From Enterococcus phage vB_OCPT_CCS1, in sequence record ON113170.1: 64,000 nucleotides of DNA, one strand, 5' to 3'. The notes under the pieces were generated by a model. That model did not search any database. It saw nothing but the letters and a program-made list of their open reading frames with translations, and was not told the origin of the DNA. Position numbers and translations under genes: made by a program. Of the stretch, positions 46,374 through 55,216 are shown one piece after another (the first letter of the stretch is position 1; every line of letters begins with the position of its first letter).

Positions 46374-46580
46374 GTGTAATAATACCACGAAATAAACCTT
46401 AGTAAGTCATACAGTCCCAGAAAGGGAGGCATATGATACTAGTGTTGAGTGCCATAATCGTTTAATAAATGTGACTGAGAGAGTAATAAATTTCTTAGGC
46501 ATGTCCATATGCCTCCTTTCCAATAATGATAGTTTTAAGATATAAACAGAATAAATAAAAGAGAAAATAATAATGAATAA

Positions 46581-46652
46581 TAGCGCATGAGAGAGTCGAA
46601 CTCTCGATTCCGGTTCGAAAGACCGGTGTCTTGACCGCTTGACCAATGCGCC
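46581..46652 (-). tRNA. tRNA-Glu(UUC)
   Basis: D arm GTCAAGCGGTCAAGAC; anticodon stem CCGGT/ACCGG with loop CTTTCGA; T arm GAGAG-TTCGACT-CTCTC. Confidence 0.8.
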
Positions 46653-46657
46653 ATAAA

Positions 46658-46732
46658 CGAGCTATATGGGACTTGAACCCATGACCTTCTCCGTGACAGG
46701 GAGACGAGCACTCCTGACTGCTCCAATAGCCC
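46658..46732 (-). tRNA. tRNA-Asp(GUC)
   Basis: anticodon stem TCTCC/GGAGA with loop CTGTCAC; D stem GAGC/GCTC; T arm ATGGG-TTCAAGT-CCCAT. Confidence 0.8.
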
Positions 46733-47986
46733 AATGTTTCCCCAACCACCGCCACCTAGGGGATTCGTACGTCTACGTGAGTTTTTTGGTTATAGTTCCT
46801 TGTTTAAGACAAGGAAGTACGAGTGGACTACCAATTTACCACTCTGCGGTTCTGATTGCGGTAGGTGGGATATGTAAGATAAAAAGACCACTCTTAGAAT
46901 GATTTAATCTGTAAAAAACACATCGCATAAACGAGATGCAGTTATAGCTCTATCAAGCAACCTACACCGATTCCGTCGATTACTACCGACATCGCCTTGC
47001 TCGTGTACTTTGAGCGCCCATTTCCAACCCTCGGTTGCTAATGTTTCTCTCCTAACCTACACCTGAGAGTGGCACACGTCTGTGCTAGTATTTTATGCCT
47101 ATTAACTGATTCGCAGGCACACTGCTTAATTCAGCCAACCAATCGGCATCCGATAAGATTGATTGTTTCCGTAGGTTCTTTAAGTCACTGGAGTGGTACT
47201 GCCCCACTCACGCCTATTAAAGTGTTAACTTAATAGATAAAAACTACTCATAACAGGTTTACTACCATAGCATTCTCTACTTCCGCCACAGTGACATGTT
47301 TAAAAACTCAAAACTTAATAGATTAAGGGCTTTTCTTCCTGCTTCATATACACTCACTGCATTCGGTCACATACTCAGAGAGGCTGAACCATCGGGAGCT
47401 ACCCGATAGCTTCTCTCTGCCTTTAATGTATGGTCTAGCACGGTGGCTAACAACGTTCACCTAAACATTCAGCTATTAAAAGTATTAATTAACATATATC
47501 CTTATGTCTTCTATAATATTTTCATCAAAAGCTGACTTAGGCTACTTGTACCAAGGTCTCTTGTTAAACCTGTATTTCTACAGTTCTCGTCAAAGGGAGT
47601 CTTTTGAGTTTTCCAAGGTCTGCCAAGCTTCTCACACTTCCACCTAACTTGGATTCTTTTCCACAGGAACGTCTATTGTATCCCCCAAGAGTCTTGTACC
47701 TTACAATCCATGTATACTCCACATAACGCTTAACTGATATTAGCTTTTACTAATAGTTACTCCTATGTTACCATAAGACCTACCTGCAACCCAAAGCACT
47801 ATCGCACCTTCGGTTACATTCAGATTCACGCCACGCTATCCTAGCAAGCTGTTCAAACTTTCTGCACTAGGTTCAAAATCTATTAAGTTTTCAATTTTTA
47901 ACCACTAACTTGTGGTGTAATACTAATATAGCATAACATTACAAAGTTGTAAACACCTTTTTGTAAGTTTTTTTGATTTTTTTTTG

Positions 47987-48074
47987 ATGGAAGGTAAGGG
48001 GGTCGAACCCTTACACCGGATTTCTCCGACCTAACTGATTAGCAATCAGCCCTATTACCATTTGAGTAACCTTC
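47987..48074 (-). tRNA. tRNA-Ser(GCU), type II
   Basis: 88 nt; acceptor GGAAGGT/ACCTTCC exact; anticodon loop TTGCTAA; variable hairpin; T arm AAGGG-TTCGACC-CCCTT. Confidence 0.75.
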
Positions 48075-48075
48075 C

Positions 48076-48112
48076 AAAAACAAAAAGGGAACCCCTGTAA
48101 TTAAACAGGGGT
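48076..48112 (-). terminator. minus-strand terminator between tRNA-Gln and tRNA-Ser
   Basis: minus strand ACCCCTGT-ttaatt-ACAGGGGT followed by TCCCTTTTTGTTTTT. Confidence 0.6.
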
Positions 48113-48184
48113 AAGAGAGATGTCTCTAAAAGCCTACAACCATTATAACATAGAAACATAGTTTGTACAGCCGTAACTGTACAA

Positions 48185-48256
48185 CTGTCAGGACAGGGTT
48201 CGAACCTGTATCGTAACTTCCAAAGAGTTATGTCCTACCTATTAGACGACCTGACA
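48185..48256 (-). tRNA. tRNA-Gln(UUG)
   Basis: acceptor TGTCAGG/CCTGACA exact; D arm GTCTAATAGGTAGGAC; anticodon stem TAACT/AGTTA with loop CTTTGGA; T arm ACAGG-TTCGAAC-CCTGT. Confidence 0.8.
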
Positions 48257-48347
48257 AAAGGTGGAACCTCCCTAAATTTGGGGAAGAGGGAGGTTATCAT
48301 GCTATTAACAAACACGAATCTGCTAACCAAGTAATCTTGACTAGCAA

Positions 48348-48418
48348 CTCACCTAGCAGGACTTGAACCTACAAGAACTGGTTAACAGCCAGTCATGATA
48401 CCGTTTCATCATAGGTGA
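48348..48418 (-). tRNA. tRNA-Asn(GUU)
   Basis: acceptor TCACCTA/TAGGTGA exact; anticodon stem ACTGG/CCAGT with loop CTGTTAA; T arm GTAGG-TTCAAGT-CCTGC. Confidence 0.8.
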
Positions 48419-48422
48419 ATTT

Positions 48423-48473
48423 TAGTTCTATCAACATTATAACACAAAAGCTGATAGAACTAGCAACTTTTTT
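48423..48473 (+). terminator. plus-strand terminator-like 11-bp hairpin + T-run at the edge of the tRNA block
   Basis: TAGTTCTATCA...TGATAGAACTA then GCAACTTTTTT. Confidence 0.5.
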
Positions 48474-48668
48474 ACAAACTTAACAACTTTTTTCTTAACT
48501 ACTGATTCAGCAACTTACTCAATAGTTAAAGACTTAAAGAAAGAGGAAGTAATTGAGGTATGTCAATCACTAACTAAAGTATACAACATTTTTATCATCC
48601 TGACAACAACTAAATACAAAAAGTTCAAAAAAGATTATAAATAGTTAAATTATCAGAATATTCAAATT

Positions 48669-48802
48669 AATGTCCTATTTTAAATTTTTGACCTCCTTAT
48701 ATACTTAATACTATATATTAAATATATATATCTAAATTATATAAATATTAGACTATATATTATTAATATATATAAGACTTGCAAAAAATTAAAATAGGAC
48801 AT
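48669..48802. repeat. AT-rich element A bounded by an 18-20-nt inverted repeat (AATGTCCTATTTTAAATTTTT ... AAAAATTAAAATAGGACATT)
   Basis: arms are exact reverse complements ~95 nt apart; core TCCTTATATACTTAATACTATATAT; second copy at 52853..52971. Confidence 0.6.
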
Positions 48803-48852
48803 TTTTCTGACAATTCACTTTTAGATAAAAAGAAAGAGAGCAAAATGCCCTC

Positions 48853-49191
48853 TTACCGTGTTTCAAAGTATTCCTTGATTGTATACTCTCTAGCTTCTTT
48901 AGCTTCATCAGTTTCATCTTTAGGAGCTAAATACAAGTCAGTAATTGTAGCAGGTACCTCTACCATCTTGTAGTCAATAAAAGTAGCTTGACGTAGATTT
49001 AAGTATCGAATACCTGTTGTTCTATCAGTACCTGTATGAACAGGCAAGAAAGTTAATTCTTTACCTCTGACAGAGCCATTAGCTTGTGTTAGTGCATCAA
49101 CTACAGTTCCGCCCATATAGCGTGGAAATAGGTAAACCTTGTCAGTACCTACTGTAATTTCTGCGACCTTTTCGTGTGTTGGATAGTTCAC
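48853..49191 (-). CDS. hypothetical protein
   Basis: ORF track 112 aa; RBS AAAGGAGAAATT. Confidence 0.5.
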   Translation of the reverse strand: MNYPTHEKVAEITVGTDKVYLFPRYMGGTVVDALTQANGSVRGKELTFLPVHTGTDRTTGIRYLNLRQATFIDYKMVEVPATITDLYLAPKDETDEAKEAREYTIKEYFETR

Positions 49192-49245
49192 TTATAATTT
49201 CTCCTTTCAGAATATGCTATAATTACAGTATAAGTATAACATATT

Positions 49246-49593
49246 CTATGGTTTAAAAATGCTGAACACGTAAGTCACAACCGCACCGAGAACAATCATG
49301 AAGATGTTCTCCACGATGTCTCTTTTATGGTCAAACTCTTTATCGTTTACACCTTCGAGAGCATCAATGGTTTCTTCCAGTTTTGTAATCTGGTACGTAA
49401 GATGTGAATATTTCTCTTCATGAACAGCTAACCTTTTATCAAGACTGTTAACGATGTCCTTCAATTCACTAACTGCATTATTCAGTTCTGTGTTGTCCTG
49501 TTTAATGCCCTTCTCAGTTAGTTCTCCATGTTGGAGCTTGTCTTCCAATCGTTGCAGTCTTAATACTAGGTCACCTATTTGGTAATCGTTCAT
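49246..49593 (-). CDS. coiled-coil protein with C-terminal TM anchor
   Basis: ORF track 115 aa; RBS GAGGGGGAGCAC. Confidence 0.5.
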   Translation of the reverse strand: MNDYQIGDLVLRLQRLEDKLQHGELTEKGIKQDNTELNNAVSELKDIVNSLDKRLAVHEEKYSHLTYQITKLEETIDALEGVNDKEFDHKRDIVENIFMIVLGAVVTYVFSIFKP

Positions 49594-49632
49594 TTGTGCT
49601 CCCCCTCTCGGTTGTATAGCTCAATCTCCCGG

Positions 49633-49890
49633 TCAGTTAGAAAACCACATGTAACCGCCTATGCCCAGAATACATCCGACAAGGTAAATAATTGGAGTAT
49701 ACAGCCCAATGAAGAGCATAACCACGCTACCAACACTAAGTCCGTATAATATCAAAAGATACTTATACGATGCCAAAGGACTTAAATCTGCTTGCAGTTT
49801 TTTGTACTGTATAGCTCGGGTGACATAGTAGGATGCTGAGTAAACGAACAACTGTAGTAATAACATAGCAATAAATGCTAGTCGGTACAT
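49633..49890 (-). CDS. small polytopic membrane protein (holin-like)
   Basis: 85 aa, three hydrophobic segments. Confidence 0.4.
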   Translation of the reverse strand: MYRLAFIAMLLLQLFVYSASYYVTRAIQYKKLQADLSPLASYKYLLILYGLSVGSVVMLFIGLYTPIIYLVGCILGIGGYMWFSN

Positions 49891-50008
49891 TCTATCGCCT
49901 CTCTTCTTTCCTAGAGCTATCTTTAATATAGTACACCAAAGCCTTTATAATCAGGTGTGCTAGATTAAATATGTAGGCTAAAAAATACAAACGGAAGAGT
50001 GAGAAAAA

Positions 50009-50278
50009 GTGAAGGTACGGAAAAAACTATTATACAAATCAATTTTTATCACCATCTCTGTTATCATCATGATTTGTGCAAGCAAGCTGATTGCAGATGT
50101 GCTAGGCTTAGAACAACATTTTACAGCAACAATGCTTGTAGGAGGTTCTTTGTGGGCTTGGATAGCTAGTATTGTCTTTGATTCTTATGAGAAGAGAAAA
50201 AAGAAGGACAATCTACAGCAACAGCTTAATGAAGCACTGCGTGATTTAAAAGAGATAAAAGCGTTAATCAAAAAATAA
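50009..50278 (+). CDS. membrane protein (GTG start)
   Basis: ORF track 89 aa; two TM helices then KKK and coiled coil. Confidence 0.45.
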   Translation: MKVRKKLLYKSIFITISVIIMICASKLIADVLGLEQHFTATMLVGGSLWAWIASIVFDSYEKRKKKDNLQQQLNEALRDLKEIKALIKK

Positions 50279-50288
50279 TTAATAAGGG

Positions 50289-50576
50289 GTGGAGGATATG
50301 TCCCTTACAAGAGAAGAAATAAAGCAAAAAAGGCAGTATATTTTTAGCAAAGCTCAAAAGACGACAAATATACGAAAAGGGGATAAACGCATAGCAAGTG
50401 CTACACGGATGTGTGCAGTATGTGGAAGACCGTTGTCTAGACTTGTTCTTACTAATGGTTCTGCAATAGTTACTACAGCACATGTAAGCTGTAAGATGTC
50501 AGATTTAGTACGATTGAACATGTGTGAAGACATACGGTCTTGCTATGCGTATACAAGTAAAAAGGGGGAGGAATAG
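50289..50576 (+). CDS. hypothetical Cys-containing protein
   Basis: ORF track 95 aa; RBS AGGGGTGGAGGAT. Confidence 0.45.
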   Translation: MEDMSLTREEIKQKRQYIFSKAQKTTNIRKGDKRIASATRMCAVCGRPLSRLVLTNGSAIVTTAHVSCKMSDLVRLNMCEDIRSCYAYTSKKGEE

Positions 50577-50580
50577 CCAC

Positions 50581-51009
50581 ATGAGTATGGCAGACCGTAT
50601 TAAAGAAAATGCTGAACAAAAGAAAATGGAACGTACATCCGAACAACGATTACGTGACACATTTAATAATGCTTCTCTCACGTTAATTAACCAGTTCATG
50701 GCTAAAGTTATGGCAGGTTCAATAGATATAGATGACGTTGGAGATTTAACCCGTCTATTCCAAATCTACATGCAGATTAATAATATCAATGCAGGAATGC
50801 AAGAGGGAACTGGTCAGTTACCTGCTCTTAGTGCTACGCAAAAAGATATTATTGCAGACAAGGTAAGCACTGAAAAGGCTACCATAGATGGAGAGGAGGA
50901 GGAAGTTGTTTCGTTGGAGGAATTAGCTAAATTATCGGATGAAGAAATTGATAAGATGCTATTGGATAAGGAAATCCAAATGAACAAAGAAAACGAAGCA
51001 ACGTTTTAA
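50581..51009 (+). CDS. possible terminase small subunit
   Basis: ORF track 50524..51009; start moved to MSMADRIKEN with RBS AAGGGGGAGGAA; position immediately 5' of the large terminase; acidic C-terminus. Confidence 0.4.
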   Translation: MSMADRIKENAEQKKMERTSEQRLRDTFNNASLTLINQFMAKVMAGSIDIDDVGDLTRLFQIYMQINNINAGMQEGTGQLPALSATQKDIIADKVSTEKATIDGEEEEVVSLEELAKLSDEEIDKMLLDKEIQMNKENEATF

Positions 51010-52844
51010 TGACAAATAAAGCACAACATATTGCTAAAATGGCAAAAGAAATGTATGGGACGGACAAAATAACAACTGCACAGCTTGCCTACATCACAGA
51101 CATGTTAACTCCGTCCACATATTTACTAAGAAACCACTCCGTTCGTAATCATCCGATTACATTTATGATTTCCGGACGTGACCAACAAAAAGCCCAAGCG
51201 CATAGACCTTGGCAAGTAAAAATTATTAATGACCAACATCGAACAAAGGCAGTTATTAAATCACGGCAATTAGGGCTTTCAGAAATGGGAGTAGGAACCA
51301 TGCTACACTTTGCAGATACACATAGTTACGATGCAGTTAAGTGTTTGTATACCTTCCCAACAAATGAACAAATGACTAAATTTGTACAAACACGTCTTGA
51401 CCCAGTATTACAACGTGGTTACTACAGTACGATTATTGACCCAGAAGTAGACTCATTAAAGGCTAAGAAGATTCGTAATAGCTTTTTATACTTCCGTTCA
51501 AGTTCTAAACCGGGAGCTGTAGAAGGGGTCGATATTGATTACCTGTCTATGGATGAGTACGACCGTGTTCCTGCATTAGCCGAAGCTTCTGCATTGGAAT
51601 CTATGTCATCTTCTCCATATAAGATTGTTACTCGTTGGTCTACTCCATCAGCTCCTGATGTAGGTATCCATGCTTTGTTTGAACAGTCTGACCAATACTG
51701 GTATCTACACAAATGTGACAAGTGCAATCATTATAACCAAATGAACTATGAAGACTATGTACCGGAGGCACCAGTGGAACGCAGAGGGAATATTCTTTGT
51801 GTAAACCCTAAAGGGGTAGACCCAATTGCCAAAACAGTTGTGGATGGCTCCTTCCAATTCGTTTGTCAAAAATGTGGAGAACCATTAGACCGTTGGTACA
51901 ATGGTATATGGGTTCCTAAATACCCAGACCGTACTAAAAATGGTCTAGGTATTCGAGGATACATGATTTCTCAAATGAATGCTGTTTGGGTATCTGCTGA
52001 CCAATTAAAAACAAAAGAATTAACATCACTATCAAAACAAGCGTTCTATAACTATACATTGGGTTACCCTTATGCTGACCAGAAACTTACAGTTAATGCT
52101 AGTGACGTAGAACGTAATAGACGTGGAGACCTCCCAGAATCTCCTAGAGACCGTGGAGATTACAAGTTTATCTCTGTAGGTATTGACTGGGGAAACAGAC
52201 ACTGGGTGTCCATTCATGGCGTTAGAACGAATGGTCAAGTAGATTTAATTAAATTGTTCTCTGTAGGTAAAGCTAACCCGTTAAACCCTGATGCAATTGA
52301 TACAGATATTCAGTCAATTCGATTACAATTAGCACCATATGAACCTGATATTATCGTTGCTGATGTTGGTGACTCTGGTGATAAAGTTGCTAAACTGATT
52401 CAGATTTATGGTAAAGACCGTGTATTTGGTTGTGTATACCCATCTACACCTAAATCTACAGGTAACTTAGTGCCTAGTTGGAATGTTCAAGGTAACAAGG
52501 TATCTGCTGATAAGCTAATGCAGAATAAACGATACATCTCAAACATGAAAGATGGAGTTATTGGTTTCTACCATAAAATGGATAGTGAACTAATGCTTTA
52601 CATTGAACACTGGGGAAATGTAGTAATTCGTGATGAAGAGGATGAAAAATCTCCTACAGGATTCCGACAAACTATTGGACGTAAAGGTGATGACCACTAT
52701 TCACAAGCTAGTGTTTATTCCATGTTAGGTTATGAACATTTGATGAACGTATTTACAGGGGCAGATGACTACGGGTTTAACTCTGATTGGATTTCTACTC
52801 AATTGAACCCTACACCTCCTGATATTTTTACTCAATTTACTTAA
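51009..52844 (+). CDS. terL: terminase large subunit
   Basis: 611 aa directly upstream of portal; ATPase-like N-terminal half (KSRQLG.SE region) and nuclease-like C-terminal half with acidic DxxD/DWG blocks. Confidence 0.75.
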   Translation: MTNKAQHIAKMAKEMYGTDKITTAQLAYITDMLTPSTYLLRNHSVRNHPITFMISGRDQQKAQAHRPWQVKIINDQHRTKAVIKSRQLGLSEMGVGTMLHFADTHSYDAVKCLYTFPTNEQMTKFVQTRLDPVLQRGYYSTIIDPEVDSLKAKKIRNSFLYFRSSSKPGAVEGVDIDYLSMDEYDRVPALAEASALESMSSSPYKIVTRWSTPSAPDVGIHALFEQSDQYWYLHKCDKCNHYNQMNYEDYVPEAPVERRGNILCVNPKGVDPIAKTVVDGSFQFVCQKCGEPLDRWYNGIWVPKYPDRTKNGLGIRGYMISQMNAVWVSADQLKTKELTSLSKQAFYNYTLGYPYADQKLTVNASDVERNRRGDLPESPRDRGDYKFISVGIDWGNRHWVSIHGVRTNGQVDLIKLFSVGKANPLNPDAIDTDIQSIRLQLAPYEPDIIVADVGDSGDKVAKLIQIYGKDRVFGCVYPSTPKSTGNLVPSWNVQGNKVSADKLMQNKRYISNMKDGVIGFYHKMDSELMLYIEHWGNVVIRDEEDEKSPTGFRQTIGRKGDDHYSQASVYSMLGYEHLMNVFTGADDYGFNSDWISTQLNPTPPDIFTQFT

Positions 52845-52852
52845 AAAAGCAA

Positions 52853-52971
52853 AATGTCCTATTTTAATTTTTCTACGTCCTTATATATTAATACTATATA
52901 TCTATATACCTATATCTAGTTATTAAGTATATATAGTATAATATATTATATAAGGGAGACAAAAATTTAAA
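52853..52971. repeat. AT-rich element B (second copy of the inverted-repeat-bounded element)
   Basis: AATGTCCTATTTTAATTTTT ... AAAAATTTAAAATAGGACATT; core TCCTTATATATTAATACTATATAT shared with copy A; same orientation. Confidence 0.6.
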
Positions 52972-53087
52972 ATAGGACATTTTTATCAAATTAGCTATTG
53001 ATTGACAAAAAATAATATGCTATTATACTACTTGTCAATAATAGCACTAGTTATTTTTCTTGTCATAACAATAAAGGAGACGTTTAC

Positions 53088-53933
53088 ATGAATGACAATC
53101 AAGAATACCAAGCTCTTGTTGATAATCTTCTTAGTTCTGTTCCAGAGATTAAACCTGTAGAAGCTACAGTTAGTAAGTCCTTTTTAGAAGGTATGCTAGG
53201 TAAGAAGTTAAACTACGGGTACGTTATATCAGAAAATGAAAAATTATCAAAAGACTATTCACATATTGTGAAGGCTTATGGTTTTAACTCCTTTTATGAC
53301 CTATACTGCTACGCTGATAGTTGTGATTCACTAAATGACTATTTAATTAAAGGCGGTCAAAAAGATTTATCAAAGTTGAAGCCAGTTAAAAGACGAGTAA
53401 TGAGAAATGGTAAAATGATGACAACTACTATCTACGAAGACAGTTCCGGAGAAAACGATGATAAAAACCCACTAGATAAGGACACTCAAACAGAGGAAAA
53501 TGTTGAACCAAGAAATGCTAGAGATTTAAGCAAAACAATTATTGGGGATGACCATAATGGTATAGACCCAAAACAAATTGCTAAACTTAAAACTGAGGCA
53601 GGCAGGTTAAACGGGACATTTTCAACTGATTGTTCTTCATACTTAGTTCTTCAAGGAGAAACCGGAGAACTTGGTGGTGTGGCAGGTTATCGTAAAGAGG
53701 GTAGCTATTTATATCTAGCTTTCTATCAATCAGACGACCTTACAAGTGGAGTGGCTTATGTAGCATTTACACAACTATTGTTACGTGCTCGTAAACTTGG
53801 CTTAGGTGCTAAGATTGATGCTACTGATGACCCGTTAGCACTAGAATTATTTAAAGAATACGGACTTAAAAAAAGTGGTAGTTGTTATATAATTTCCAAG
53901 AGTTCCCTACTGGAAGCGCTTGGGGAGCCATGA
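53088..53933 (+). CDS. hypothetical protein
   Basis: ORF track 281 aa; promoter TTGACA-N16-TATACT and RBS AAAGGAGA. Confidence 0.5.
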   Translation: MNDNQEYQALVDNLLSSVPEIKPVEATVSKSFLEGMLGKKLNYGYVISENEKLSKDYSHIVKAYGFNSFYDLYCYADSCDSLNDYLIKGGQKDLSKLKPVKRRVMRNGKMMTTTIYEDSSGENDDKNPLDKDTQTEENVEPRNARDLSKTIIGDDHNGIDPKQIAKLKTEAGRLNGTFSTDCSSYLVLQGETGELGGVAGYRKEGSYLYLAFYQSDDLTSGVAYVAFTQLLLRARKLGLGAKIDATDDPLALELFKEYGLKKSGSCYIISKSSLLEALGEP

Positions 53934-54757
53934 TTTCAACTTTTGAGTTATTTTTAATTTTAGCCTTCTCAACAACTGTGTTTATATGCTATAATCTTTT
54001 TGTAGCTCAAACAGTCAAGACAATTTTTGATTTGAGAAAAAAGGCACAAGTTGTGCTAACTGAAAGAGCAACTGAGCTAACGAAGAAGTTAACAAACATA
54101 CTGAAAGGGGATGTACAGGAGTTGCCAGAGAAAGAAAACGTAATTATTAACGAACAAACACTCTCTGACTTGTTAGTCGAAAAAGCAAGCGATGCCGACT
54201 ACAAATTGTTCATTGAGAAACTGACAGAGATTGTAAAGGACTTATATTCAAATTATCAATTTCTTCGTCAAGACCCACAGCCCGATGACTTCATGTCAGG
54301 TTATTTTTTAGGGTTCCAAGTTTTTAGAGAGGAATACCCTGTCGAATACGAGTATTTATTCCGATTAGCTATTGACCGTGGGTTAGACGATATTAAAATC
54401 AATAAACTCTTTGTCGAAGCTTTACAAAACGGAGAGGTATTACCATTAGGGGATGCCATTGTTGACCCTAACTTGTCCGGATGCAGTTCTATCCTTCAAG
54501 CACAAGAAGTACGTGTAAACATTGTATTCGCACCTAAAGCATACATGGAGCGTAAAGAAGAGTTGATTGAAGAGAAAACTGCTGAAATGGAAAAGCAGAA
54601 GAAAGAGCAACAAGAACTAGCAATCCAAAAAGACAACGTGGTTAAATCTGCACGTCTTGCTGAGGCTGTCATTAACGAATTAGTGGATGAAGTCGCAGAA
54701 AAACACGAACTACAAGAACTCGTTAAACAAATTAAAGAAAGCATGAGGTATTTCTAA
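53930..54757 (+). CDS. membrane-anchored coiled-coil protein
   Basis: ATGA start/stop overlap with previous gene; N-terminal TM FELFLILAFSTTVFICYNLF. Confidence 0.5.
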   Translation: MISTFELFLILAFSTTVFICYNLFVAQTVKTIFDLRKKAQVVLTERATELTKKLTNILKGDVQELPEKENVIINEQTLSDLLVEKASDADYKLFIEKLTEIVKDLYSNYQFLRQDPQPDDFMSGYFLGFQVFREEYPVEYEYLFRLAIDRGLDDIKINKLFVEALQNGEVLPLGDAIVDPNLSGCSSILQAQEVRVNIVFAPKAYMERKEELIEEKTAEMEKQKKEQQELAIQKDNVVKSARLAEAVINELVDEVAEKHELQELVKQIKESMRYF

Positions 54758-55114
54758 ATGGCAAACCCTACAACCAAAGTAACATTAAATCAAGCATTAA
54801 TCAAAGAATTGCGTGCACTTCAAGGAAAAAGAGAGTCCTTGATTGCAAGCAATCTACATGTACCAGAACCTCAGTCAGTTATGATTCCAATTCCTAATGT
54901 TTTAGTAACAGATGGTGACAAAGAGGTACTAAAATTTATTAAAAATATCGGTTTAATTCGAGCTGATAAATCTTTTGGGTTAGATGTGGCAATTGAAGCA
55001 GGAGAAAAAGTAACCCTTACAGATGGACGGTCTTCCACTATCTTGGAATGTATTTTCTATTACACAGGAGATACAAAAATTGATGAAATTGAGCAATTCT
55101 TAGAACAAAACTAA
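54758..55114 (+). CDS. hypothetical protein
   Basis: ORF track 118 aa; TAAATG junction. Confidence 0.5.
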   Translation: MANPTTKVTLNQALIKELRALQGKRESLIASNLHVPEPQSVMIPIPNVLVTDGDKEVLKFIKNIGLIRADKSFGLDVAIEAGEKVTLTDGRSSTILECIFYYTGDTKIDEIEQFLEQN

Positions 55115-55147
55115 TATTTCCTGATTAAAAAGAGTCTTTTTTACTTG

Positions 55148-55157
55148 TGCTATATTA
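55148..55157 (+). promoter_or_regulatory. conserved late-gene element TGCTATATTA (copy 1 of 6), ~60 nt upstream of the endolysin start
   Basis: same 10-mer recurs at 56582, 57327, 58352, 60548, 62432, each 36-84 nt before a late gene start and often just after a terminator. Confidence 0.5.
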
Positions 55158-55216
55158 ACATTGCACAAGGAAAGAGAACTCTTTTTTTTGTGACTTTTTT
55201 TACAGGAGGTTGCAAG

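Noticed and set aside
40980-46902. ORF-track entries overlapping tRNA genes: 40980..41162, 42554..42811, 43621..43848, 44036..44320, 44432..44632, 46407..46646, 46495..46755, 46535..46726, 46666..46902
   Set aside because: Each coincides with one or more well-supported tRNA structures on the opposite or same strand and lacks an RBS. Treated as artefacts of stop-poor tRNA sequence. Exception: the short 34-codon reading inside 46407..46646, noted separately as a finding.
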